Source: Gonapodya sp. JEL0774 (Eukaryota). From it: DNA of 64,000 nt. The first letter of the stretch is position 1. Each line of letters opens with the position of its first letter. Position numbers and translations under genes: made by a program. The notes beneath the pieces are model-generated. The model did no database searches. It saw only the letters and a list, made by a program, of their open reading frames with translations, and had not been told where the DNA came from. The stretch is taken from contig JADIIX010000028.1 of the NCBI GenBank assembly GCA_027604505.1, positions 62,001-126,000 of the forward strand. The letters run 5' to 3'. Positions 13,529 to 25,500 of this stretch are shown in pieces.

Positions 13529-14344
13529 GGTTGCGATTTGCATGGGAGCGTTCATGTTTCGATTTATCTCAAGTGATCCATGGTCCCTCTCCCAGTCAAT
13601 CGACGACGATATTAATCCCTCACTGACCACTGTCATTTGCAGGACGGCCCTTGCACGCCCTAAATTTTGTAGACTCGTATGGCTGTAATTGCTCTGCTCC
13701 GGCCGCTAATTTTGACTACTTTGTAAGGTTATATATGTATTTTTTCCCTTGTCTGCTATTGCGTGGCCATGGACGCGTATCCGCATGCTCTTGCAGATGC
13801 AATATTTGTCTCTTTTCGTATTTCGTTCATGGACGCACACGAATGAACAAATCCGTCTTGTATACACCCGGCGCAACGTCGCATGCGCTTGAAGGAAATA
13901 GTTGATTTCTAAGTAGGCTGCGACCAGTAGATGTTATTGCCTGCCGTTCTGTTCAGACAGCATGCGGGTTCCTTCCGTTTCGGGAGACGTGATGAAAGTA
14001 ATGCCGAAGCTCCTCTTTTCTTGGGACAGCCGTCTCCCATTTCTTCGGTTCCCATAATATTGGCTGGATGGAAAGTTATTGGAAAGAACGGCTTCCAAGC
14101 GCTCGTTATTCTCAATGTATGCTTATTCAGATCGGAATGTGGAATCAGTTTTGGTTCTTTGTGGTATTTTTAGAGAGCCGCCACACAAGGCTTCCCAGTT
14201 TGGCCGTCCCCTTCCCTGAAGCCGCAGAACCTTCCAACCATAATCATCTGTTGGCGCGGGTCCACCTACCGACATTTGCAACCAAAGTGGAAAGCTTTTG
14301 AGTTCGGGAGGCCCGTTTCTTCACAAGATCGTTGCAAAGTCGTC

Positions 14345-16182
14345 ATGGCACTGAAAAAGCTTCGAATCGAGTATTGGGGAGGTGGGTCACCCGCTCCATG
14401 TTTGGTTCGCTGGTCATTGCTCAATCTCATAGGTATGCTACTGGCGGTGATTGAAAGGTGTTAAAATAGTGGTTCTTCGCTCGGAGGCGCTTCCCGAAAC
14501 GTTTGACGAGTTCTTCTACCTGCTGTCATCCAAAATGCCCCCCATCGCATCGGCTGCGGAGAAATATGTCGTCAGGCTCAAGTACAAAGATCAAGAAGGG
14601 TCTGTAGCCGTGCACCTGGATGATGATGATGACCTCTTGGTGATGTATGAGTCCTCAGAAACAACAGTGATCAACGTGGAGTTGGAGGAGGTGAGTTTAC
14701 GGAGCAGGGCTCTAAAGTGGAGCTGTTGCTTGTTTCTCGACTTTCGAAATGGACTCTGACATATTTGTTACACTTCTGCTTCTCAACTTGGTCATTCGTC
14801 TTTGCCAACGAACACCCACGATATCCCATGGATGTAGGTCACTGAAGTTACACGCGACCGCTTATGGACCAAGCAGCGGTTCGATGAAGCACGTGAACTG
14901 GCCGCCTCAAGCGCCCGAGCCTTGCCAGCCCGACGGAGCCCTTCGATTTCTTCTGGGATTGCCTCGGCGGCACCAGTACCCGACCAGTGGCCTCAGAACG
15001 TGCGACAAGCTCCCCCAATATCGAGGTCGAACTCATCCACCTATTCTGACGGGTACCCTGTGAATGCGCAACCTATCGCGGCAGCAGCGATACCGCCCAC
15101 TCACCAACATTATGCCGCCCCTCATGACATGGGCAGTCTCCATTCCCGAGGACAGATACCGCAGATGCCTCCGCCTTACCTCTCTCATTCATCTCCGCTT
15201 CTCAAAGATGTTGGAGTGGTCGGTTCCATTCCTTCCTCGAAGCAGATCATACTTGATGGCAAGGGGTATAATGCCTTTCCTGTGACAGACCAAGCACAAG
15301 CAATCAAATCGGAAACCTTAGTTGTAGTGGCGGCTGCACGGGAGTACAGATTCCCGATCGTATGGAAGAGCGCTGACACCACCACGACCGAAGAACTGAT
15401 GGGTCCTTTGGGGCGACCGGACTGGAGTATTCAGAGGTCTTGGGGTTACAAAAAGGTCAGTTTCGTATTGGAACCTTCAAAATGAGAAGAGAAGCCCCCG
15501 CACTGTTCACAAGTGTCTCGGTGTCCCCAGGCCAAACATGATGAATCCACGATGACTATTCAGTTCTCACCGCGCAAGTTCAGCCTGCGATCCAAGACTG
15601 GTGGTGACACGCACTATGTCTTTGTAAGTTCATTTTTAAGACCTGAAACTGCAGATCAGGTGTGATGCGGTGCCGTTACTCATTGGTAACTTCACGTACA
15701 AATCTTCTTCCACGCCCGTCTTTCACCCTAGACTATCATGTTTGACAGTCATCCTCTGTTCACAGCCGCTGTTAGCCGCTACCTCCCCAAGTTCGACGCA
15801 CTGACTGCAGCACAATTCCGCATGCAACTTATGGACCCGATATCAACTTCTGTCGTCACCGAATGGGCATGCATCCAACCCCCACTGGCGTTTGTGACCG
15901 ACAATTCGAAGATGGGCGGAGAGTATCATGTTCTCTATGTAGTGAAGGATGCGAGCAGGGACATGAGCGAATCTACGCGGACCCGGATGCAGAGCTGGTT
16001 GAAAGGACAAATGATTGCAGGAAGCTGGGGTGGGTTCGATAATGCCCTCTGTGTATCGTCTCATTTGTTGGTCTGATTACTTTTCTCTTCGGGTTTATAT
16101 AGCTACTCAAATGCTGCAACGGGGACGTAGTGGTGTTGGGGGAGCACAGGATGCAATGAACCACGGGTTGATTGGACTTTGA
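14345..16182 (+). CDS. PB1-domain protein with uncharacterised conserved C-terminal domain, tandem paralogue 3
   Basis: MALKKLRIEYWG|GVKIVVLRSE...LKYKDQEGSVAVHLDDDDDLLVMY, then REYRFPIVW...QRSWGYKK...TEWACIQPP...RMQSWLKGQMIAGSW. Last exon ends at TGA 16180-16182. Confidence 0.8.
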
Positions 16183-16780
16183 GACATGTCTCTGCAATCG
16201 TGGAGAAACCGTGAAGCACCAAAATAATTGGCACTAGATTTGCTTTAATTTTTCTCAGTGTGTTTTTGAATTTGGATAATAAACGGAAATAAATTGTATT
16301 GATCAACCATCTGGAACGCCTCGCATGTATAGTTATGTGTTATTTATTGACCACTTTGTGACAGGTCTTTGTGTGGGATCCATCATCTGTGGGATTGTCA
16401 GAGGAGCAAGCGGCAAGGTCCGAAAACGGATTGGCCCCCAAATGGAGATGACACCAAATTGCGGGACGCACACAACAGAGTCTATTCTTCTCTCTTTCAT
16501 AAATGTGGTGTTATAATCTTACTGGGGATGTGTAATCATGGGAGGGTCCGAGAATAGTTTGTTGCATCATCAATCATCTTCGAAGGCATGATCACACCCG
16601 ATGAATGCTGAATCAAATATGTACGTGCCACATTTCGGGTCCAGAAGATAAAAAGCTTTTGGGGAATGGCCCAAATAGATGATGACTCGTATTGGTTATT
16701 TTTGTTGGAGGCGCGGATGGAAGTGCACATGTTGTTTCACTTGTTTAGCCAAATTCGGACAAACGCGACAACCTCAAACC

Positions 16781-19707
16781 ATGTCGATCGGCCCCAAGCG
16801 CCTTCGCGTGGAGTACTGGGACCGTGTGAAGCATATTTTGCTCAAGGAGGGCGCCTATCCGGGCACCCTTGAAGAGTTTGTTGTGCTCTTGTGCTCAAAA
16901 GTGGAAGTCATCGAGAACGCCGCTCTGCAATTCGTGTTGGTTCTCAAGTACCTTGATGGAGATGGTCGGACGATTGTAGAGATGACAGATGACCGGCATT
17001 TGAGGGCCATGTACCGTTCGAGTGCGGAGACATGCGTGGTGTTTGTGGACCTTGCCGAGGCAAGTATATTGCTCCTTTTTGGGATCTGTTTGACGATCCT
17101 CGTTCAGATAACCGTTCTCTATATTTGAATGCATCGTTTCATCTCATTTTCATTCATTTTTGGTGCTGGTTGGTACGGGTGGCCCACTTGTGTAGGCAAC
17201 ACCGGAAAATCGGCACCTATTATGGACACACGAGAAGCTAAATCGCGTCAGGGCAGCCGCAGTTGCAAGTTTAACGCCTCAACCGAACTTTCCTGTGTTA
17301 GCGGAATGGGACGCACCTCCGAATCATGTACCCCCCGCAGTGGAGCATGCTGGTATCTTGTGGTGCCATCACTGTACTCCTTGCCATTCCAATTTAATAG
17401 CCCGCCTCTTCCCCCCCTACACCCCACTCTCTAGGCACGGCCGTATCAAAGGAACTATCTTCCGATCATATAAGCTCAAATGAGCACACTCGAACCTTGT
17501 CAGGCAGTTCTGGGCCTTCTGTGCACAATTCGTCCAGACCTCGTAATTTGGGAGGTCAAGCCTCGACTATGGAGTCGTGCGATACGAGCACCACCCTTCA
17601 ACAGCTTAGCACTCCTCCAGGCACCCCTGTAACAGGCCAGCCTCCTCGATCGCACTCCCGCTCGGCCGTTCCACCAAAAGAGCAGTGGAGAAACTCGGGC
17701 GCACAGCTGTTCAGCGATATGAACTTGTATGGAGCCGGCACCGATACTGAAACTGATGCGGAGAAAGCACCACCTCCAGTCGCAAGCCATCAGCCTAGGG
17801 GTGTGCTCAAAAAGACAGGCTCCAATTCGCTTTTCCCCCGGTCTGTGACAGGCTCAAACACAATGAGCTCCGCATCGACACTTTCAGTTTCTACCACTGT
17901 GAGGTCCTTGTGCTTGATGGTTGCCGTTGCATGTGTCAGCTGTTCTTGAACCTTCTATGTGGTTTTTTCGACCATAGCAACAAGGAATGACGGACGACAC
18001 CTCATCAACTTCCTCTGGTTCATTATCTCGCTCCGCTTCCGCCCCGTCTGGTCGAAATTATGCATCCAGCAATGCCACTCCTCCCTCCACAGCAAACCGC
18101 ACCATGCCATCCAGCGATTGGGATCGCCCGCTACCTTCCACCCCTCTCTCTCCCTTCCCAAGCCCTGATCTCAGTACCCGCTCACTCTCAGGCTCACTGC
18201 CGCGCTCGTCAGGTGAAGCTGTGACGCTGGTTGAAATGAGAGACTTATCAGTGGGTGCGAGAAACTTTGCCCTCCCATGGCGAGTATCCGCAGCGAGTCC
18301 GACTGCAGAACTAATGGGTGTTCTCGGAGAAGAAGGGTGGGGTAATCAAAGAACGTGGGGTTACAAACAAGTATGTGCTTTGTGCGTATGAGCTATCGAG
18401 ATGACCTGTTATACTGAGTGTCATGACCGGTGATGATGCAACGCATAGCTGAAACCTGATAACACCGAGTTGTCGGTGACTTACGTCCCCCGATACAGCA
18501 GTGTGCGTCAGAAAGCCCAGACTGCGTACACGCTGTACACTTTCGTGAGTTAATTGAAGGGACAGGTGTCTGTTTACTTAATTATCCGACCTAAACCATG
18601 GCACAAACTTTCAAAAACCTGTTTTTCCAACCTGATGTATCCTCATTTTACTTGTGCACTCATTCCGTATCCAGACAATTCTCTTCGCGAACCACAACCT
18701 CTATCACGCGGCACTCCCCCGCCTCCCCTTAAAACTTGATCGCCTGCTTTCTCCCGACTTCCGAAGTTATCTTCTGGATCCTATCTCTAATTCTATCCCA
18801 GAGGGTACGGAGTGGGCCTATATTGCTCCACCAGGGGATTTGGTCGCGAAATCCGCGAGTGCGCAAGGAGGGCTGGTGGAGTACGCTGCGTTGCACGTGG
18901 TGAAACCGAGGGGCACATCCGTGAACGAGAGTTGCCTTGTGAGGGTGAGAACTTGGCTGGCTGGGAGAATGGTGGTTGGTGGAGAATGGGGACGTGAGTT
19001 CCTGTTCTCAATGATTATGCGACAATATTCTACATCAAAGTTGGTCTGCATTTCCGGCAGCACCTGATGCAAGCAGTGCCCGCATCACGCGTCACAATTC
19101 TCCCTCTCGACCCGGCTCGCGCTCCCGTTCCAGATCTCGTGCCCCAACTCCCGGTCATCGGTCCCCTCGACCCAGTGGAGCGGCCACCCCTCCTCCGAGT
19201 GCCAGCTCACCCGTTTACTCAACATCAGAAGATCGCGAAAGAGACCGAGACAGGGATAGTGGACGGCTTAGCGACCGAGAGACGAACGTACGGTTGCAGC
19301 GTGCACCAACCCCGAGGGAGAGGGAGAGGGACGCTTATTCACGAGGAGGACGACGGGACTCGAGCGGAGGGTCGAGACAGGCTGGAAGTCCTGTGGGCTC
19401 CAATAGGAGGAAGAGCTTGACTGAGTTGGTTTTCGCTGTAGATGGGGGTGGCACGGGGGGTGGGACCAGTGGAGCGATGGAAGGCTCTGCCGGCGCAACT
19501 GCCACAAGCAACTCCGCCGGAGCGTCTCCATCTCTTGGCCCCCTTCGATCGGACTCTCGTTCCAGCGGCTATTATGAGAGCGGAGCGGATGGTTCCAGAT
19601 TGGGCGACTCAGGAAGGGGACGGGGAAGGACCGATCACCGGGCCGAGAGGGCCGAGTGGGTCGGGAGGGTGGAGAGGGGGGATCGGGATCGTGCACAGAG
19701 GGAGTGA
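16781..19707 (+). CDS. PB1-domain protein with uncharacterised conserved C-terminal domain and RS/RD-rich tail, tandem paralogue 4
   Basis: MSIGPKRLRVEYWDRVKHILLKE...LKYLDGDGRTIVEMTDDRHL, a long S/P/T linker, then RNFALPW...QRTWGYKQ...TEWAYIAPP...RVRTWLAGRMVVGGEW. The final exon from 19061 is in frame with ORF 19294-19707. Confidence 0.78.
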
Positions 19708-20414
19708 CGGTGCGAGGCAAGTGTCGATCAGAAAATAGGCTTTGATCTGCGCCTTTGAGAAACATAAATTGCGCTATCATGGAGGTGTTGGCAAGCTACA
19801 CCGTGTGTATGTGGTGACTTTAGTGGCTTTTGGTTGAACCGAGATGGTGTTGACAGGTTACTGCCGTTTGCGAACATCAGTACCGATTTGCAAAGGGTGC
19901 AAAAGAGGGCGTGAGCAGTACTTGAGGACAGCGTGCGTCTCTGAATGTTGTTGTCTGTTTTGTTGTGCTCGTAGTTGCAGTTCCTTGTCCTGGTTGCTTA
20001 CATGATTGCCGTAGTACTCTGATGATCAAAGAACGTAGAACTAGCTTGACACCATGAAAGTAAAGCGTGTGAATAACAATATATCGTACAGTGTTGTAAT
20101 CTTATTGAAATTGCCGTACTAGTGAGACTTGAGATTGAATATGGTGGGAGCACCGGCGTCCCCTTCAAGCTGCTACATTTATTCGCAGCGTGTTTTTGTA
20201 CATTGATGAAAGTAAGAGTATATTCCATCTTCACTCTAAATAAATTGCGCCAGTCCTTCAGTGGCTGGAACACAGCATGAGTCGGTCCCCCAAAGATCAA
20301 GTGGCATTCGCAATCACCGCACGGTTCCATTTTCTCACGGGCGCTCACGTTGTATCCAATATCCAATGGGTAGTCAGAGTAATCCGCCCAACCAGTTGTC
20401 GAGATCCCTACAAT

Positions 20415-21971
20415 CTACTCCAACCTCCCGTACCCGAATGTCGCCGGATCCTCGCTCGCGCCGAATTCCGTGTCCTCATCTTCTCCCGGAGCCCACTTTC
20501 CGTACTCCTCGAACGAGGTCGCGGACGCGTAGAGGGCGTCGGCGGTGGTGAGGAGGGACGTTGGGTGGTGGTGGTGAGCTCCGTTGGTTGCGTGTGGAGC
20601 GTCAACGAGACCACTGGGGGAGGATGTATGTCCGTTGGAGGGAAGGGAGGGAAGGTCTGCGGAGGGGAATACGGGATCGATGTCCAACCAGGCGAGACGG
20701 TCACCAATGGCAGCGGCCGACGCGATGGGATCAGTATCTTCGGTGTCGACCGTTTCGTCGGCGTCGTGGAGAGCCGGATGGCCTGATTCGTCTAGCGATT
20801 GGGCATCGTCGAGGGTGATGGGGAGTGTGGGTGTAGATTCGATTGCAGATCCGTCGTGGGCGGATGAATCAGGGAAAGAGACGGGGAAAGCGAGGGTGGA
20901 GGAAGTAATGGTGGACGAAGAGGATGGGAAGGAGGGCATATGGAAAGCGTCAGATGCAGAAATGGAGTCAAAGGCAGTTGGGAATGCGGAAGCTTCGACA
21001 TTTGTAGTCGGAGCAGCAGTGATTGCGCTCTGAATATCGGGCGCAGAAAATTCAGTGGAGGTCGGTGCTGGAAAGCCGAAAGCGTCGTCAAATCCAGAGG
21101 ATACCAGAGTGACGGGGGCGGGTACGGGTGAACCAACAAATGCGTCGTCGAAAGAGGCGGACACACTGGACGTGGTAGTCGGAAGCGGGGCGAGGGAGGA
21201 CCAGGGATCGTCGGAAGGTGCTTGGGTGGTGGAGATCGAAGAGGCGGTCGGTGCAGGAACAACACGGGCGAGGAGGTTGAGTGGTGCCAGCTTAGCACCG
21301 GTGCTGGGGCGTTTGGAGTGAGTTTTGGGTCCTCCAGCCCCGCCAAATATACCGCCAGAACCACCAAACAAGTCCATTTTGAGGAGGGTTTCTCGAGTTT
21401 GGGCGAAAGCCTTCAAATCTTCCTCCACCGAGCCGGAACCCGAACCACGCTCCGCATCAGAAGAAGCAGGCCGCATTACGACCTTGAACGGTTGAAGCTT
21501 CTGTGGAGCAGGGAGCGGGGTTGGCAGTGGAGCGAGCGAAGGGTCTTTGACAGTTGAGAGCAGTTCTGCCTTGGAGAAGGAAATGGGGCCTGCCGCGGTA
21601 CTGGTCTTCTCAAAGAGTACCTCTTTCCCCTTTCCAGAGAAATCAGCTCCAATTGCCGTTTTTGTTTTCATGGGATCTTCGTCCTCGTCGTCTTCGTCGG
21701 TGTTCGCACCGTCAGCGTCATCTCCATCGTCGAGAAGGCCCTTTGCGTCCGCCCCACCTGCCGCTTTCGCAGAGGCAAGATCACGTTCTGCAGCTTGCGC
21801 TGCGACTGAAGACAAAGACGATGCTGCCTTTAGGTTTCTGTCATTGTCAACGTTCGCCTCCCTTTCTTGAGTGTCTGTCTCTCCGTCAACGGAAGATGCC
21901 ACCGACTCTGCGTCCGAGTCGTCGATTTCCAGAGTAGAGTCAAAGGGAGAAGTGGACGTGGGGAAAGACAT
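20415..21971 (-). CDS. Intrinsically disordered acidic/Pro-Ser-rich protein with DPW and FxDxF motifs (putative endocytic accessory protein)
   Basis: Long open frame; likely start MSFPTST at 21971. Contains DDPW, two FDDAF motifs and a PFKVVMRP segment. No globular domain recognised. Confidence 0.6.
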   Translation of the reverse strand: MSFPTSTSPFDSTLEIDDSDAESVASSVDGETDTQEREANVDNDRNLKAASSLSSVAAQAAERDLASAKAAGGADAKGLLDDGDDADGANTDEDDEDEDPMKTKTAIGADFSGKGKEVLFEKTSTAAGPISFSKAELLSTVKDPSLAPLPTPLPAPQKLQPFKVVMRPASSDAERGSGSGSVEEDLKAFAQTRETLLKMDLFGGSGGIFGGAGGPKTHSKRPSTGAKLAPLNLLARVVPAPTASSISTTQAPSDDPWSSLAPLPTTTSSVSASFDDAFVGSPVPAPVTLVSSGFDDAFGFPAPTSTEFSAPDIQSAITAAPTTNVEASAFPTAFDSISASDAFHMPSFPSSSSTITSSTLAFPVSFPDSSAHDGSAIESTPTLPITLDDAQSLDESGHPALHDADETVDTEDTDPIASAAAIGDRLAWLDIDPVFPSADLPSLPSNGHTSSPSGLVDAPHATNGAHHHHPTSLLTTADALYASATSFEEYGKWAPGEDEDTEFGASEDPATFGYGRLE

Positions 21972-22533
21972 CGTGTGGGATGCAACGAGTGGTCTTCTGA
22001 TGTATTGTCGTATGAGTGGACACTCAAAACACATGACCTCCCCCAACATCTCCAAACTGACAACAGAATAATCGCTTGGATGCAAACCTACTCCATGTAT
22101 AAATGGAGTAGCAAAAGTAAATCCAACGTCTGTATTTATGCATGGAGTCACGGAGTTTTTGTGAGGAAGCAGGCAGAGCAAGTGTCCGGGTCCGGAACCA
22201 AGCAGCTCTCTGCAGAATGTCCACCCATTTCTTCTGCGAACTCACCTTCTAACTGTTCTCGAGAAACGTCAAAAACCATCGGTTCATCGTACTGCCTCCC
22301 TCTCTTATCGCCTTTCTCTTGGTGTCCGAGAAGCAGTCCTATCTGTCCCAGTACGCCACCATCGCTTCCCTCCCCTCCCCCGCAACCTGCACAGATCTGG
22401 GCCCGCATATATCTACTTATCTACTTCGTACTCTAAGGTGCGCAGAACGTTTTCAGAACGTGTTGTTTGTCTTGTTAACCTGTTTGTTCTGTGGAACAAT
22501 GTTGCTGATTCCGGAAATCTTGATTCGCAGTCC

Positions 22534-25500
22534 ATGTCCCGCTCCAGTCCTACATCGTCGGCAGCCAAACTGATTGAAGCTGTCGAGCGAGGAGATATTC
22601 TTGAGGTTGAGAATCTGCTCACCAATGGAGCGGACCCGAATGCTGTCAAGACGGTGACTCTCTTACTGTTGAACAAGACCGACACAGTAAACGGCGAGAG
22701 CGCGTTGGCACTCGCAATATTGCATGGACACGATCAGATTGTCGAAGTACTCCTGAAACACGGAGCGGACCCGATGCAAAAAATTAGCTGGATTATCAGT
22801 GAATATCCCGAACATGGCGAAAGCTGGACGATCCAGAAATGGGATAATCGTTGGAGATACAAGTTTTCTTGTACTGATGCACTGTCACTGGCGTGGGTAG
22901 GAACGTGCAGACGGGCAGAGTTTCACGAAAATGGCGACGAGTCAGTTGCAGTGGAAGTCAGCGAAAAGGTGTTGATCAACATGCCTGGAGGCGATGTTGT
23001 GCACATACTGGACAGCGTTTGGGGCCACACACCGAATGAACGCTCTGTTCTCTACAGAGAGCACAACCTGCACCTCCAACCCGCTGTTCTTATCGCACTT
23101 CGTAAATGCAGCAGCGCATACATTCGCGTGGTTTATACTCTGAATATTCCTGCTTTGAGTCCTCATGCTTTGCGAAACTACTTGGAGGCGATGTTTAAGT
23201 ATTTGGAAGACCTTCAGCGTGAACTACAAGTGGAGAGGGCTGAGCACAAGGAGTGTCAGCAGCTCCTTGAGAGAGCTCAAGTGGCAAATTTACAAAAGCG
23301 CAAAGAGCTCACTGGAACAACTGTGGCTCCGGAATTAGGTCATCCAATACTGTCCACTGAAATCAACCAGATTCGGGCGCGGGATCCAGGGACTGAAGTG
23401 GCGAGACAGCACGTCCTTGATTGCCGTCTCCAAAAGTTAGAAGCACAGGTGGACCATGTCAGATCCGCTTTGAGCTCCCCGATGACGCCTGAAGGCGACT
23501 TGCGGAGCCATTTAGTGATGGTTTTGATCAAGTTAGAAGAACTCCGATGTGATCTCAGTTCGGAGAGGAAGGAGCATGCAGAATGTCAACGGATGCTCCG
23601 AAGAGTGGAGGGGGACACTGCAGATTGGAGTGCGAGACACGATCGGATACCCGGAGACTCTGCGGGGGCAGCTCCTATGGTCACTTCAGGAGAAGCCGTC
23701 CAAAGAGATCAGGAAAGGGTGAATGTTATGGATAATGAGACGGTGGACAGTCACGCAGCCCCGAATATACCCGCAATCGTCAGCCAACTCAATGTTGTCC
23801 AACTCGAATCAAGGATGAATCCACGGCCGAATGGTTCATCCACCAGCGCACGAAATTCTCAGCAGACGAGGCCTTCTGCGGTAGCATCAGATTCTGGGGG
23901 GAGCAAGTTGGAAATGGAAATTTCCAGGTTGCAGCGCGGCCTTGAAGCGAAAACAAACTCGTGTATAGATCTCAAAGCGGAACTCGTGCAGTTCAAAGGC
24001 AAGTTACAACAACTTGAAATCGACAACGTACAGCTGCGAAAAGATCTCAAGCGAGCAAGGCGCGGTGCACGCTCGGTTGTTTTGAAAGCTAGAACTCATG
24101 CAGCTCGGCATCAGGAAGAACTCGATCATATACGATCGAAACTGAACGAGGGGATTGTTTCGTTTGAGCGTGCTCTTATGATCTCGGAAACAGAGGGATC
24201 GTCAAAAGAGCAAGGCAAACGGCGAATGGAGACAATTCGAAGTCTTGAAACAGATGCGGAGGTCCTCCAAGATCGACATGGTTCTGATTCTGCGGACCAG
24301 CACGCGAAACAAAACGAGCTTGACGAGAAAGTGCGTAGTCTGGAAGAGGAGAAAGCGAACCTTGAAATTGAGCTTAGGAAGATGAAATCTAAGGCAGATG
24401 AGGCGTCGAAGCGAGCCAACGCAGTGGAGACCAGTCGAAGTGAGCAAGAAATTGAACTTGGGACTTTGAGAATTGAGCTTTCGGCTGCGGAGACCAAGAT
24501 AAAATCACTCGAATATAGAATTGGTGAAATGACCACAGAAGCGAGAGACAGCGTGACGGCAAGGGCGGTCCTATACCAAAATTTAAGCACATGGGAGTCA
24601 AGAGCAAGACGAGCGGAAGAGGAGCAAGCGAGTTCGCAGATCACAAAAAAAGAACTAGATGCTCAGCTTACTACTATGAGAGGTACAAATGAGGAGGCGT
24701 CAAAGCGAGCCAAAGAAGCGGAAATGGTCCGCGATGAGCGAGAAGCGGAACTTGTGGATTTGAGAGAACAAGTCTCGGTTGCGAAGAGCACGATAACAAG
24801 GCTGGAGTCTGAGGTCGCTGTCATCAAGAAAAACTCTGCAACGAGGATCGAGGAGCTCGAGACTCGAGCACAAGAAGCGAAATCGCAGACAGCGGTGCTT
24901 CAACGCAAAATTGCGGAGCTCCAAATCGAAAGAGGCCGAATCTCCGCATCCAAAAATACAATGGAGTGCCAGCTTACAGCCTCTAACCGTCAGTTGGAGA
25001 CTGTTCGACTCGACTTAGAGGCGGCAAATGGACAGCGTGATACTGCTGTGCGCACCAAAGTAGACTTGGAAACGAAACTCGAGGCTAGCAAGCAGGAGTC
25101 GGAGCGTCTTAACGGGGTAATCCGAGCTCATGCACTCCAAGTCGAATGTTTACGATCTACAAATGCCTCCTTAGAAACGGAGTCGAGGAAAAAGATAGAG
25201 GCGCTCACTTCCCAAGTCGCCAAGCTGACCAGTACTAACGCAGAACTCCAATCACGTCTCAGAGGGAATCTTGAAGAGCGGTCTGCTGAGCTTTCTGCAG
25301 CGACCGAGAACTTGAAAAACATCACCTCACAACAGACCTCGACATTCGAACGCATGATCGATACTATTAGGCGTGAAGCAAGCGATGCCAGGCGCGGGGA
25401 GATGGACTCGAAACTCGATTTGATCACCGAGAAAGTTGAGGTCCTGCGTACAGAGTCTCGAGCATCTCTTGAAGACGTACGGCAACTCATGATTCGAGGC

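Noticed and set aside
20261..22436. Numerous overlapping + strand ORFs
   Set aside because: They are antisense shadows of the low-complexity - strand gene.
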